NCBI GenBank assembly: GCA_043228905.1 | Contig: JBHGNT010000014.1 | Location: 15,934,001-15,998,000, forward strand | Direction of reading: 5' to 3' | DNA length: 64,000 nucleotides | From: Azolla caroliniana | Taxonomy: Eukaryota > Plantae > Polypodiophyta | Part shown: positions 12,966 through 24,439 of the stretch, in pieces | How the letters are laid out: each line of letters opens with the position of its first letter | Position numbering within the stretch: position 1 is the first letter of the stretch | Translations under genes and position numbers: made by a program | The notes under the pieces: generated by a model | The model's input: the letters and a program-made list of their open reading frames with translations, nothing else | Database searches by the model: none | What the model was told of the DNA's origin: nothing

Positions 12966-13780
12966 GTAAAATCACACAATTATATTAATTGCATGTAAAA
13001 AAATCCCCTATTACAATTTGTTAGTCATCTTTACATACATAGAGAGATACATATTCATAACATTACCATGAATATGGACCTCTCAACATCCCCTAATTGT
13101 TCTAATTAGTAAAAGCATATTCAATCATGAAGAGAAACAAGTATGTAAGTTAGTTGGACATCACATTCGTCATTTGGTCTCTCTCTACATCCTATCTTCA
13201 CCTCTTTCTATTTTCTCTTTCTCTCATGCTCACAAGTCACGATAGTTTGAACCGAATCCTTTCTTCTCTTCCTCTTCCAGGAACCCTAGCAAACTTTCTT
13301 CTTTTTTCTTCATTCTTTTCCCCGATCCACATAAGTTATGGAGTCCATAAGCAAGCAAGAATATACGTGTGTCCTTTCTGAGCTCGACATGCTCACAACT
13401 AAGTTTGTGGCATTAGAGCAAGAAAATGAAAGGCTACTCGGGGACCTACAACAATTGAGTACCGAGAAAGCTCACCAATATGAAGAGTTATCAAATGGGT
13501 TCACCAACTTGAGGCTACTATATTGACATTACGAGAACAAGCGGTGGGGGTTCAGAACCCCCCTAGAGAACCAAAGATTAACCTCCCTACCAAATTTGAT
13601 AGTACAAGATCTTTGTTTCAAGGCTTTTTGAATCAAGTATGCTTGGTGATTCAATTACATCCCAATCGGTACCCAACTGAAGTTGCTCGTGTAGGATTAG
13701 TCGGAACCTTGCTAAGTGGTACAACATTAGCATGGTTTGCACCACTTCTCGAGAAGAAATCACCGTTGTTGGAGGAATTT
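12691..13780 (+). mobile_element. Truncated Ty3/gypsy element with PEG10/sushi/Tcn1-like gag (putative LTR 12691-~13160)
   Basis: Interrupts the copia RT at a TG. ORF REPKINLPTKFDSTRSLFQGFLNQVCLVIQLHPNRYPTEVARVGLVGTLLSGTTLAWFAPL is preceded by a coiled-coil piece and cut at 13780 by another LTR. Confidence 0.75.
12771..12790. promoter_or_regulatory. Perfect four-unit heat-shock element
   Basis: aTTCtaGAAcaTTCtaGAAt, ~15 bp upstream of a TATA-like ctctaaata. Confidence 0.6.
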
Positions 13781-14353
13781 TGTTACTCCTCCTAGAGAAA
13801 ACACCTTCAGTTACCCCTCTCGAGTAATCAGATCAAGGTATTGTGGTGCGAAGGAGAGTTGAGGTCACGACACCCTACCGAGACCGTTAGCCGAGCCATT
13901 ATGGGGTATATGACTTCCTAGTGCTTGTGATTGTTATTCAGGTTGTCCCACTTGGATGGAATTATGACCGCCGAGATAAGAAGGATATGTTGCGGGATCG
14001 GCTACAATAAATCCTTAGATATGTATTTTACACAAATTGAACTTATATATACCTACATATATATATAAGAATAAAGAGACTGAACACTGAAGTTGCCCAC
14101 AAAATATATTCGCTTAAAGTGTACACACACAGATACAAGTACCGAATACTCTCGGTAGACCACCCATAGTCTATCCCTGTATTTCTGGCCTAGTTCTCCA
14201 TCTTCATGTTCTCTACTACTCGATATATATAATTCTTGTGCTCAGCGTTTTCCCATTGTTCTTCCTAAATGTTCGGCTCCCTTTGTTTGGTTGCTAGTGC
14301 TTGGACTTCCTTGATTCGTTTCACACATTGTCCCACTTGTCCCACCGATAACA
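13781..14353 (-). repeat. Gypsy LTR 'A' (573 bp)
   Basis: Terminal inverted repeats TGTTA...TAACA; starts exactly where the upstream gag is cut. Orientation inferred by analogy with LTR B. Confidence 0.7.
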
Positions 14354-14401
14354 CCTGGCACATCCGTGGGACAGTGCCTTGCACGTTGAACCCAAACTCG
14401 A

Positions 14402-14884
14402 TGTTAATCATGGGCTGGACTTAGCCACAAACACAGGGTGTCCGTACCGGAACACTTCTCCAAAGGGGTGGTTAGGATATGGATGTTAACCAGTGTTTAT
14501 CCGATTCCAATCCGACTATTCCCGGATACCTTCCGGATTACTTAATGCGCAACCGATTACTTCTACCATGCGTAAGATTAATAGTAAAGGGCAGAACGAC
14601 AAGTACACAGACACAATATAATTAAGAACAATCGCTAATCTTGTATTACTTCCGTTAATCATTTACATTGATTCCGGATCCTTTTATAGGCATCCGATAG
14701 GGATTACAAAACGGTGCTTACCGGTTATCAACTATCAATCGGTGCAGATCTGGATCGGTACAACTATCTGGATCCGTCTGTTCCTATAATATTACTTAAC
14801 TAATAATTATGCTACTACTTATATTATTATACTCCGACTCGTGCCCATCCACATTACTCGTCCGGAACATACTCTAGACCAACA
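14402..14884 (-). repeat. Gypsy LTR 'B' (483 bp), terminal LTR of the 14402-20130 element
   Basis: TGTT...AACA termini; minus-strand TATA cctataaaagg at 14680-14690 followed by an aatacaag polyA-like signal. Confidence 0.7.
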
Positions 14885-14938
14885 CATGGCACGCCCGTGG
14901 GACAATGCATTGCATGTCGAACCAACGGGTTAGCTCCT

Positions 14939-17647
14939 TTAGTCTTCATCGAGTATGTCCAGTATACTCTGATCCAAGGGCTCGAGCGGTTCTTCTTCCA
15001 TCATCTATTGTTGTTGCTCTGGTTGTTGCTGTTGAGACGGTTGTTGCTCCCGTTGTTGAGACAATTGTTGCTCTAGTCTGGCGCCCTCTGTCTTTTCTGT
15101 TCTAGCTCCTTCTGTCTGCTCCATCCCGGTGCTTTCCATCTACTGATCTGACTGCGACTCTGGCTGTTGGGGCCTTGCCTCCACCAGCTATTCCTCATCA
15201 CTAATGTTGATTTGCTCCGCCCGCCGTGCAAATTCTTTCCTCCGACGCTCCCGCTCATATCCTTCCAACTACATTTGCACATCGAGTTGGTCATTTTCAA
15301 GTCCATTGACGAGCTTCCGAACCTCCTCTATCTATGTGTCGACCAAGGCATAAAAATCCTCTGCCAATTCCTCTTGGATGGTGACTATGCTTCCCTCATC
15401 CATCTTATAGAATTTGTCCTCGTCCTTCTTCCGGTTTGTCGCATCCGCTCGGAGCAGTTGGAGTTCCGCCACTTGTTTTGACCATTGATGTCAAACTAGC
15501 ACTGAACTATGGACTATTCTTGTTTTAATCCGGTCTCTCCATGTTCCTACCAACATCCGGATTCTTCCAATGCCCATTTTGACTTTGTCTTCCATGGCCG
15601 CCTTTTCGTTCTTTAGCTGTTTGATGAGGTCTATCGGTGTTGTTGCTTGCACTTCTTACTCCATTATTTTGGTTTTGTAGGTTATCTGTACCCTGTCCAA
15701 AACCACCTTTGCTCATTCCACCTCCTCGTAGTGCTTTGACACAATCCCCGTGCATTCTTTCGCAGCTTCCTCAAGCACCCTTGTCATTGCCTCAGCCATC
15801 ATCCGTCCCTGGTCCGTCAGCGCCTCCGTTTTCTCTTTCAACTCTGTCCCGACTACCTTGAGCTTCTCTTGCTACCGGTCATAATCCGACCCCGGCTTCT
15901 TATGTTCTGCCTCGAGCTGCTTATGGTCCCGTTACAACTTCTCGAAGTCCTTTGTTCTCCACTTTAGACTTTATCCTTCTGTTGTCAGACCTCCTCCTTC
16001 AGCCTTTCGATCTCTGTTTCCGCCATTCCCTGCAACTTATCCTTCTCTTGCAGTAGGCTATGCTTCTCATCCTTTAGCCGATCATAACTCCCTTGAATCT
16101 TCCGGAGACTCTCTTCGGTTCTCCCCTTCTCCTCCTCGGTTGTCTTCCTTAGTTCTCTCTCTTAATGCCTCCTGAGCGGCCAATTTGTCTTTGCGTTTGC
16201 ATTTCTTTCTCCCACTCATGTTCTTTTACCGGGGTTGTGATCGCCTCTGACTCTGCTTCTTTTTCCGGAGCTTTCTTCTATATATTTTTCAGTTCTACTG
16301 GCTTTATTTATGTATTGGTGCCCTAGCCCATGTGTGCCATGATTTTAACCAATTCCTTGGTCCTAGCTAACTCCTCCTCTAAACTTCAGATTTGGTTCCA
16401 GGCCTTTTTTAATTCCTCGATTGCTGATAACAACCGTTCGGCCTGCTTTGGCTCCTGCCTTTGTTCTGCATCCATGCGGTCAGCCACACCGGAAACCTGC
16501 TTTTCGAGCCGCTCCAACCATTGCCCGCAGGTTTTGTGTTGTGTGAGTGTAGCGAATTGCTGCACTGGCTCCGACATCCATCCTTGCTCCTCTTCGAACC
16601 TCGGTGTAACCCATTCTTCTTGTTCTGGTGTTCGTTTTGGTCGGTGCTCTTCATTCTAGAGTTGCGTCTGAAGACCGGTGAAGTATGTCATTCCTTCTCC
16701 GGTTCATGTTGAACCGTGCTCACCACTTCTGGCCTTTCTGTTGTCTTTGCCTCTGGTCTTGGCTCCACTGTTGAGCGGGAAATCAGTGTACTTTCCTTTC
16801 ACGGACTCGATCCTTCCCCATGTTGCTCATGTTCGCGTTGTTGCCTCAACCGACGTTGAAGGGTTTCTTCTTCTTCCTCCTCTTCCACAGTTTCCTGGTG
16901 GGCCTTTGGCACCGGTTCTAGATGTTCCCTAACATGTCAGTGCAACTTTATCTTAATTGGTTTTGTTGTTTTCTCCATAACTTTCTCCACCGTTGCTTCT
17001 CTCTGGGGCTCCGGAACTGCTTCTATCCGTTGGGAATCGGGATGCTTCCCTGACTGTCCATCTGGGGTTTATGTTTGGCCAGGAGCTACTGTCGTTTGGA
17101 TGCTTGGTTTGGTGTTGTGACCTGCCGTGCCCGTTTCTTTGGTTTGATGGCACTTGTCGATGAAAATAGCATAGTAAGCCACTGTGCTAATCCGACCCTA
17201 GCTTTCTTGCCATCCATCACGGCCGCAATCGCCGTTCATAAGGAATCATCCACTATTACCGACCAATCCACTTTTAGGCCTTCAAATGTTGTGATAATGA
17301 ATCCAGCCCTATTCTTGGGCATGGCGAGTGGCCGGGGATGAACAAATCTGTACTCGAGCAGCACCCGAGCCACTTCTCGGAATAGGGGGGTTTCACCGCC
17401 ATGTGTCTGGTATGCCTTGCTTGCGATCAAGAACTCCCCAAAGTATTCTGTCAGTATTTGGGTGGAGGGGTTCTCGATGGAGTACAGGCCTCCAGAAGGT
17501 AGTTCTATGGCCGCCTGCATTGTGCCTTCGTAGAGTTCGTCCAATCTATTGTAGCTACGACCTTCTTCGGTTCTTCATGCCGTGGTGCTTCTGCTACTCG
17601 GAGAAGTCCTTGATGACCTAGTCCCTTGCTTCTTTTGAGAGCGCCAT
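14939..17647 (-). pseudogene. Degenerate extra ORF downstream of gypsy pol (globular N-terminus, low-complexity linker, long coiled coil, acidic C-terminus)
   Basis: ATG at 17647; pieces ILTEYFGEF...LKVDWSVIV, QWLERLEKQV, LLSAIEELKK; ends ...LDQSILDILDED* at 14939. Many stops. Confidence 0.6.
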
Positions 17648-17999
17648 GGGTTATGTGCTTTCTTCATCGAGATCATTCTGGTGGTTGAGTGCCTGTGTTT
17701 TTTCGGAAGTCAGTGCGTTATGTGCTCATAAGATCTTTCTTTCACGAAATGAGACTCCCTCGTGTGTACATCGTATACCACCTCTTCTTAATTATCGCAC
17801 ATGCACGTCGTATACCATAATAACATGATCATGCCATGTGGCGCACTTAAAATAGGATGACGTCACTCCCTTCCACTCGCCTTTTCATTATGACCATTCA
17901 ATATCTCGAATCTCTCTTCTTCTTCTTCTTTTTTCCCATTCCACTACAACTTAGATTCCTGTTGTTCCGAGTGTCATCCAACACTTTCCTATTTACCGG

Positions 18000-18758
18000 T
18001 GTCGTGGAGAAAACCGTCAATAGTGAGAAATCGGAGAATGTTGGAAGGATCGTCAAGGTGCACCGTGTGCACCCACCCTTGTACAGAATTAGCATAGGGG
18101 CTAGGGGTTACCTTTGTGGCGCCGAATAGGCAATAACGTTGGGACAGAGGATCCCTTGTAATATGGGATTTATCCCACATTGTAACGTCTCTCCCTCCTT
18201 GGGCTATAAAAGGAAGGGAGGGGTCTCTTATATGGGGTTGCCCATTTTGTGTTAGGGGGTATACCGTTAGATTAGGGTTAGGCGGTTTTAACTTGGAAGT
18301 TTCTTTTCTTCTCCTTCTTCCTCGTCGTGAGGGTTGAGAGTTCATTTTTGTTTAGGGTTTGCTTCTACTCGGTCTCCTGTGCAAGACCTTGCTCAGCGTG
18401 ATGAGCCCACGAGTTCCCCGATTAGCGGCGTGGCAGCAGACTGCGGCTGTAACCTACCTTGGTCCGGCTCAAAGCCGGGTTGTAGCACTTCACTTGTAAT
18501 ATACATACTCATATCTATTTGTACATGTTGGCGTATTTGGTGGTGTCAGGAGCACAACCCCTTGCTTCTTGTGCATAAGAGTCAGTGTCGCACGCATGCT
18601 CTCTCTCTTCTCTCTCTTCTCTCTCTCTCTCTCTCTCTCTTGTGTTTAGTTGCATCCGGGTCATGCCCGGTGTCAGTTTTCTTGGCATCCCTTTTCTCCC
18701 TCATCCGAGACCCCCGTGGTCCCGCCCCTTCCACACGCACGCGCATAATAACGCGACA
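18000..18758 (+). mobile_element. Solo LTR (759 bp) with 4-bp TSD CCGG inserted in the pol C-terminus
   Basis: TGTCG...CGACA termini; ccgg at 17996-17999 and 18759-18762; TATA ctataaaagg at ~18204. Removing it rejoins the host frame ...PTTLEP|VNRKVLDD. Confidence 0.9.
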
Positions 18759-20899
18759 CCGGCTCTAGTGTTGTCGGGGTTGCGCCGATAATTTCTTCTT
18801 CGGCTACCACTTCTCCGATTGCCTGGTCCTTGCGCTCCTCCGATTCCTTGAATGGTTGCCGGAATCTATTTACCCATTTCTCGAGGAGCTCCCTTGCCAA
18901 CGTACCAAGCTGATAGGACCCTTTAAACTCCCGTGTGATCCAGAATGGTCCAGTCAATCGGAACCTCAGCTTCCTCGGCATGTTTCCCATCCGGGTCTGG
19001 AATACCAATACCGGTTTCCCGATTCAGAAGTCCTTCTCGTTGCCCTTCCGGTGTCGTGTCAACGAATGCCTTTTGTTGTTCCAGCTCTAGCTACATCAAG
19101 CCCAGTATCCGGTGTTCTTCCAATTCACATAATGTTTCTAACTGTATTTGTTCCGACTCTTTCTCACTCAACCGTTCCCGTACTTGTATCCATAGACTGG
19201 GAATCTGGAATTCCATCGGCATGACCGCTTCCAATCCGAAAGCCAGTTGGAACGGTGTCGACCTGATACTCATTTTGTATGTTGTCTGGTATGCCCACGA
19301 TGCACTGTGCAATTTCGTATCCCAATCCGTCCGGTTTTTGTTTACAATCTTCCAAAGGATATTTTGAAGTGTTTTATTCATTCATTTGGCTAGTTCATTC
19401 GCTTGTGGGTAGTATGGTGTGCTTCTTTTTTGGACCACTACATAGAATGTCATCAAGATTTCCACCACTTGTGTTATGAAGTGCCCACCTTGGTCGCTGA
19501 TAAGCTCAATCGGGCAACCATACTGGCACTAGATGTACTCATACAAGAACTTCGCCGTGGATGCCACGGTGTTATCCCGAAGTGCCTTTGTTTCGACCCA
19601 CTTGGTACAATAATCCGTGGCTACGATAATGTTCCGGTTTCCGGTACGCATTGTCGGTGTCTTGAATGGTCCGACAAAATCCAGGCCCCACTTTTGGAAT
19701 GGTTCCAACGGCATCACCGATTGATGTGGCATTCACGCCCGTTGTGTTGGTTGCCCCATCCTTTGGCATAGATCACATTCCTTGCATTACTTTATTGCAT
19801 CTTTGAGGGTGATTGGCCACTATAATCCGCTCCCAATCCGCTACGTTATATCTTTCAGGTTGTTGCGTCTCCGACATAGTGTCCTCTGGAAATCTCGTAG
19901 TGTGCCTCACATAATACCGCGCCCTTATCGTCACTCCGGACCGCTTGTCGCCAAATCCCATCGGCTCCCTTGTGGTACAGGCTGTCCTACAACAAACAAA
20001 AATGTCAGCTCTACACTGCCAACCGTTTCCGCTCATCCCGATTCAACTCTTCCGATGGTAAGCCGATACTCAGAAATTGATGCATATTGGTCATCCACTT
20101 ATCTTCGTCGGTCTTCGTTTGGGTTTACGTTGTCGTGATGTTTCTAACACATAGTATGAAACCACCCACGAAAAGAAGTAAAATAGTAGTTCAAATAAAC
20201 TAGTATTGTGAAGTCAACTTTATTGGTAGAAAAAATACTTTTTCATTTTCCAAAGATAATTCCTTATAAATAAATGGTCAAAGGATTGAACCTTACAATA
20301 AATAATGATGAATATTAAGTTAGAGGCGGTTTTCAAAAGTAGACAAGAGTAGGGAAAAAGATGGAGAGAAAAAAAACACACGTGGATATGAGCACAGTAG
20401 AGACAAAAGCTCATAATTTCCTCATCAAATGTCCAAATTAGAAAAGAAAAGATGCATAAGAAAGCTAACCCAAAGAGCTCTCCAAGAATATCTTGCATGT
20501 GAAATTTGGGGCTAGAAAACAAAAATAGTGAGGAAAAGAAAAGTCGACTCATATAGACAAGCTGTTTTTTAGGGGAAAATGGCAAGCAATCCTAAACCTA
20601 TAAATAAGAGCCTATTCTAGTGAAGAAGGGGAGGAGGGAGAAGGAACGTGGAAGCTCTACTCAATTGGAAAGTGGAAGAAGAAGGATCAACAACATCGAG
20701 AGGCATCATCAACAAAGAAACTCCTTCTATACGCCACTCTCTTCTTTCCTCTACCTCTCTTCCCCCATTAATTTATAAACAATCCTTCATATTCGCATCC
20801 AACCCATTGTAACATGATTCTTATATTATAAAAGAATCTATTATATTGATATAAACTAATGTTTTCTTTCATCTACTTGTCTTATGTGTAAATCTTGAA

Positions 20900-22000
20900 T
20901 GTGCTTATTTGTTATCGTCATTTGTGCTTATTTGTTTGTGTGTCTTGTGACAAGGGAGCGTTTCGGGCTTGCCCATGCACATCTCCTTTCACAAAGGCAT
21001 TCAAACGTAAATGTCTTATATGTTATCATTGTTTGTGCTTATTTGCTTGTGTGTCTTGTGACAAGGGAGTGTTTCGGGCTTGCCCATGCACCTCTCCTTT
21101 CACAAAGGCATTCAAACATACGTGCCTTGCGTGTTAGTGTAAATCTTGCTTGTGTGTTCGTGCGACTTGTGGCAAGGGAGCATTTGGGCTTGCCCATGCA
21201 CCTCTCCTTTCACAAAGGCGTTCGAAATCGTGTCTCCCGTGTGTAAACCTTTCTTGTGTGTTCGTGCGACTTGTGGCAAGGGAGCGTTTGAGCTTGCCCA
21301 TGCACCTCTCCTTTCACAAAGGCGTTCGAAATCGTGTCTCCCGTGTGTAAACCTTTCTTGTGTGTTCGTGCGACTTGTGGCAAAGGAGCGTTTGAGCTTG
21401 CCCATGCACCTCTCCTTTCACAAAGGCGTTCGAAATTGTGCCTCCCGTATGTAAACCTTTCTTGTGTGTTCGTGCGACTTGTGGCAAAGGAGCGTCCGGA
21501 CTTGCCCATGCACCTCTCCTTTCACAAAGGCGTTCAAAATTGTTTCTCCCGTGTGTGAACCTTGCTTGTGTGTTCTTGCGACTTGTGGCAAGGGAGCGTT
21601 CGGGCTTGCCCATGCACCTCTCCTTTCACAAAGGCATTCGAAATTGTTTCTCCCGTGTGTAAACCTTGCTTGTGTGTTCATGCGACTTGTGGAAAGGGAG
21701 CGTTCGGGCTTGCCCATGCACCTCTCCTTTCACAAAGGCATTCGAAATTGTCTCTCGTGTATAAACCTTGCTTGTGTGTTCGCATGTTTTGTAACAAGGG
21801 AGCGTTCGGGCTTGCCCATGCACCTCTCTTTTCACAAAGGCATTCGAAACTCTGTCTCTCATGTGTGTAAGTAAGCCTTTTCCTTGCGTGTCCATGTGTA
21901 AGCCTTCCTCACGTGCCTTCGTTCGCCTTGTGACTAGGGGTTGATTCGGGCTTGCCCATGCACCTCTCCTTTTCACAAACACGTTTGAATACTCGTGCCT
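20900..22000 (+). repeat. 104-bp tandem array (~10 copies) inside the LTR
   Basis: Core cttgcccatgcacctctcctttcacaaagg recurs at 104-bp spacing in the central copies; edge copies are more diverged. Confidence 0.95.
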
Positions 22001-22118
22001 TGTTTGTGTAAGTCTTCCTTGTGTTGTGTGTGTAAGCCCTATTTCCTTCCCGTCCATAACCCTGGCAGTTCCGCCTCACGATCCACACATAGTGACGGAT
22101 TTTCACAACATAATAAAG

Positions 22119-22135
22119 TGGTGAACCCGACGTGA
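22119..22135 (+). promoter_or_regulatory. Primer-binding site complementary to tRNA-Trp
   Basis: TGGTGAACCCGACGTGA, 8 nt after the LTR end; matches the recalled plant tRNA-Trp 3' end. Confidence 0.8.
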
Positions 22136-22454
22136 AGAGGTGGTAGGAAGGATCAAGTGCTTGCAATAAAGATTAGAAGATGGCTTCTTCGTCAAACACC
22201 CAAGCTGATTAAGTGACAAAGTTGGTGGCTATTGTCGAGCATATGATGAGAGCTCAAGATAATGATGCAAGCTTAGACAAGGCTATCGACTGAACCGTTG
22301 AGATAGCGGGCCAATTTGGTGGAAGAAACATTACGGATTTTCTCGCTACATACAAGATGGAGATGCAACAATGTGATGTCATTGAAGAGACACAAATATC
22401 AAGCTTCAAGCGTGTCGTAGCTATTGGGTTACAAGGTCGTATAAGGAAGATTCA

Positions 22455-22831
22455 TGTTAGGAAACAGGTCCCTTCGGATGGGAAGTGAGAAGAACAATGT
22501 TGATGAGCAACTCGGCCGAGGCCGAATCCGGATGTGGAGTACCCGACAACGGAAGACCCGGTGAGAACCGGATGTGGAGTACCCGGCAACAGAAGACCCG
22601 GTGAGAACCGGATGACGAGTACCCAGCAAGGAAGACCCGGTGAGAACCGGATGTTGCAAGCCCGGTGAGAACCTCTCATCGGATGGAAGGGACATATATG
22701 TAAATATGTTCCAGAGAGCCCATTGGGGCTATATTTGTAAATAGCCCGAAAGTCATATTAGTATAAATATGACCTAGGGCAAACTTAATAGTGAGGATGA
22801 TAGAGTTATTGGTGTAACCTTTGTATAGTGC

Positions 22832-22884
<53 letters not shown>

Positions 22885-23182
22885 AGAGAGAGAGAGAGCG
22901 ATATACAGAGATTGTGTCTCTGTTGTAACCGCCGCTAGGCGAAGATTGTGAGCAAGAGGTCGTTGCCTCTGTGCTCTCTGTTGTATTACTTTACAGAGTG
23001 ATAGTTTGGAGTCTGTGGACTCCCGTGGTTTTTCCCTCTCAGGGTTTTCCACATTAATATCCTGTGTATTCTCTTTCTGTTTTGTGTACTTACCTCCATT
23101 CCCATTTCGTCTGTGTTTTGATTGTCATCAAGTGATCTACGCTTCGGTTGTGGTCGGAGATTAATCCACGTATTTCACGTCA
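22455..23182 (+). mobile_element. Copia solo LTR (728 bp) with 5-bp TSD ATTCA, related to the intact copia LTR
   Basis: TG...CA; attca at 22450-22454 and 23183-23187; shares ggtcccttcggatggg and gtaaatagccc..aaagtcatat...tataaatatgac.tagggcaaac with the LTR at 27057; contains ~40-bp tandem repeats at 22528-22670. Confidence 0.92.
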
Positions 23183-24439
23183 ATTCAAGCCGCCCAAACA
23201 ACATGGGTGGGATTTGAAAGGGTGCTTTTGGCTGAATATATGCTTGAAGACGCGTCGAGGATGACTCGTCATACGTTGATGAAGTGGATCAAGAAGAAGG
23301 GGAAGAACATGAACACATCGGGAGTGTACACCGAATTTGACCAAATGTACAACCGTCTCACGAGAACCGACCAAACACTTCTCGAAGGAGATAAAGTTTT
23401 GTACTTCTTAAGGGCGGTGGATGCAAAAGATAGACAAGAACTAGGTAGTCTATTAGAGGATGAAGCACAACCCAATGGTCTCATAACGGATTGGGTTGCG
23501 GTAAGAAGAGCATGTGATCGATTTGACAAACGTCGTCGATGGCTAGATGATTCTGACATGGCGGGCCTGGTAGTCCAAAGAAGGAAGGCTCCAATAGCAA
23601 CTAAGATGACAAAGCAAAGCGAGCCAACCGAAAGAGCGATGGAGAACTCTGTCATTGAAGAGTTGGCACGAAAATTCGAAGCGGTTTTGTTAGCTAATAT
23701 GAGTCGTATAGGGCCGAAGGGGAAAGACCCATATAGATGTCTATGGTGTGATAGTGTTGATCATGCAAGGAAAGATTGTGCTAGCCTTCAAGAGGCAATT
23801 CGACAAAACCTTGTCTACATGGAAGGCAACATTATACACTCAAGTGAGACTCAAAAGCCCTTGCAAGTGAATTTCGGTAGGGGGGTCTAAAGAAAATCAT
23901 GGATGAGGCTGATGCGAGCCATGTTGAAGCATTCTCCTGGTGGGCTTCTCTTTCCGGTTGTGTTGGCACTAGTTCCCTCTGTGTTACTTGTATTTGGAGT
24001 TTCTTTGTCAGTTCCTTCTCTATCATTGTTCGTCTGGTCGTGTTTATGTTGCATCTTGCACCACACTTTTGGAAACGCGCACATTGTCGCTAACCGCACC
24101 CTCGCACAAACGTCGTTGCCATTCTTGTTCGCTCGCACATACTTTTGCCATTTCTCTTTCGCTCACACATACTATCGCCGCATATCATTCCGTCATTAGT
24201 CGCTCACCGTTGATTAGATTTTTTGCTCTCTGTATAATTTCATCGCATCTATCCATCGACTACTTCCAAACATCGTCACTGTCATTTGTACATTTCCGCC
24301 ATTTCTTGCACATCGTGCTACCACGTATTCTTCTTGGACTTTTTCTTCAAAGAGGGTTCACCGTTGTGGTCGCCAAAATAGTTTAGGGTTAGGGATAACG
24401 TTTATGATAATGATGATTGGTGATGGTGTTGACAATCAT

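Larger units (their letters stand above)
14402..20130 (-). mobile_element. Large non-chromovirus Ty3/gypsy element, 3' half (integrase, extra ORF, LTR)
   Basis: Minus-strand integrase motifs PFQKWGLDFVGPF, IVATDYCTKWVE, DWDTKLHSASWAY, TPFQLAFGLEAVMP and GPF (RLTGPFWI); the 5' part is lost at the insertion starting 20131. Confidence 0.85.
20131..23900 (+). mobile_element. Ty3/gypsy element 5' part: ~1.98-kb LTR (20131-22110), tRNA-Trp PBS, degenerate gag
   Basis: LTR termini TGTCGTGA...TCACAACA; gag from ~22180 (GQFGGRNITDFLATYKMEM), continuing after a solo LTR to CLWCDSVDHARKDC; truncated near 23900. Confidence 0.85.

Noticed and set aside
14887-14925. Possible tRNA gene
   Set aside because: Only the T-arm and acceptor 3' portion are present, interrupted by a hairpin; there is no D or anticodon arm.
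20900-22000. Regular repeats resembling a CRISPR array, and many Cys-rich ORFs
   Set aside because: Whole 104-bp units repeat with no unique spacers, there are no cas genes and the context is a eukaryotic LTR; the ORFs are by-products of the repeat.
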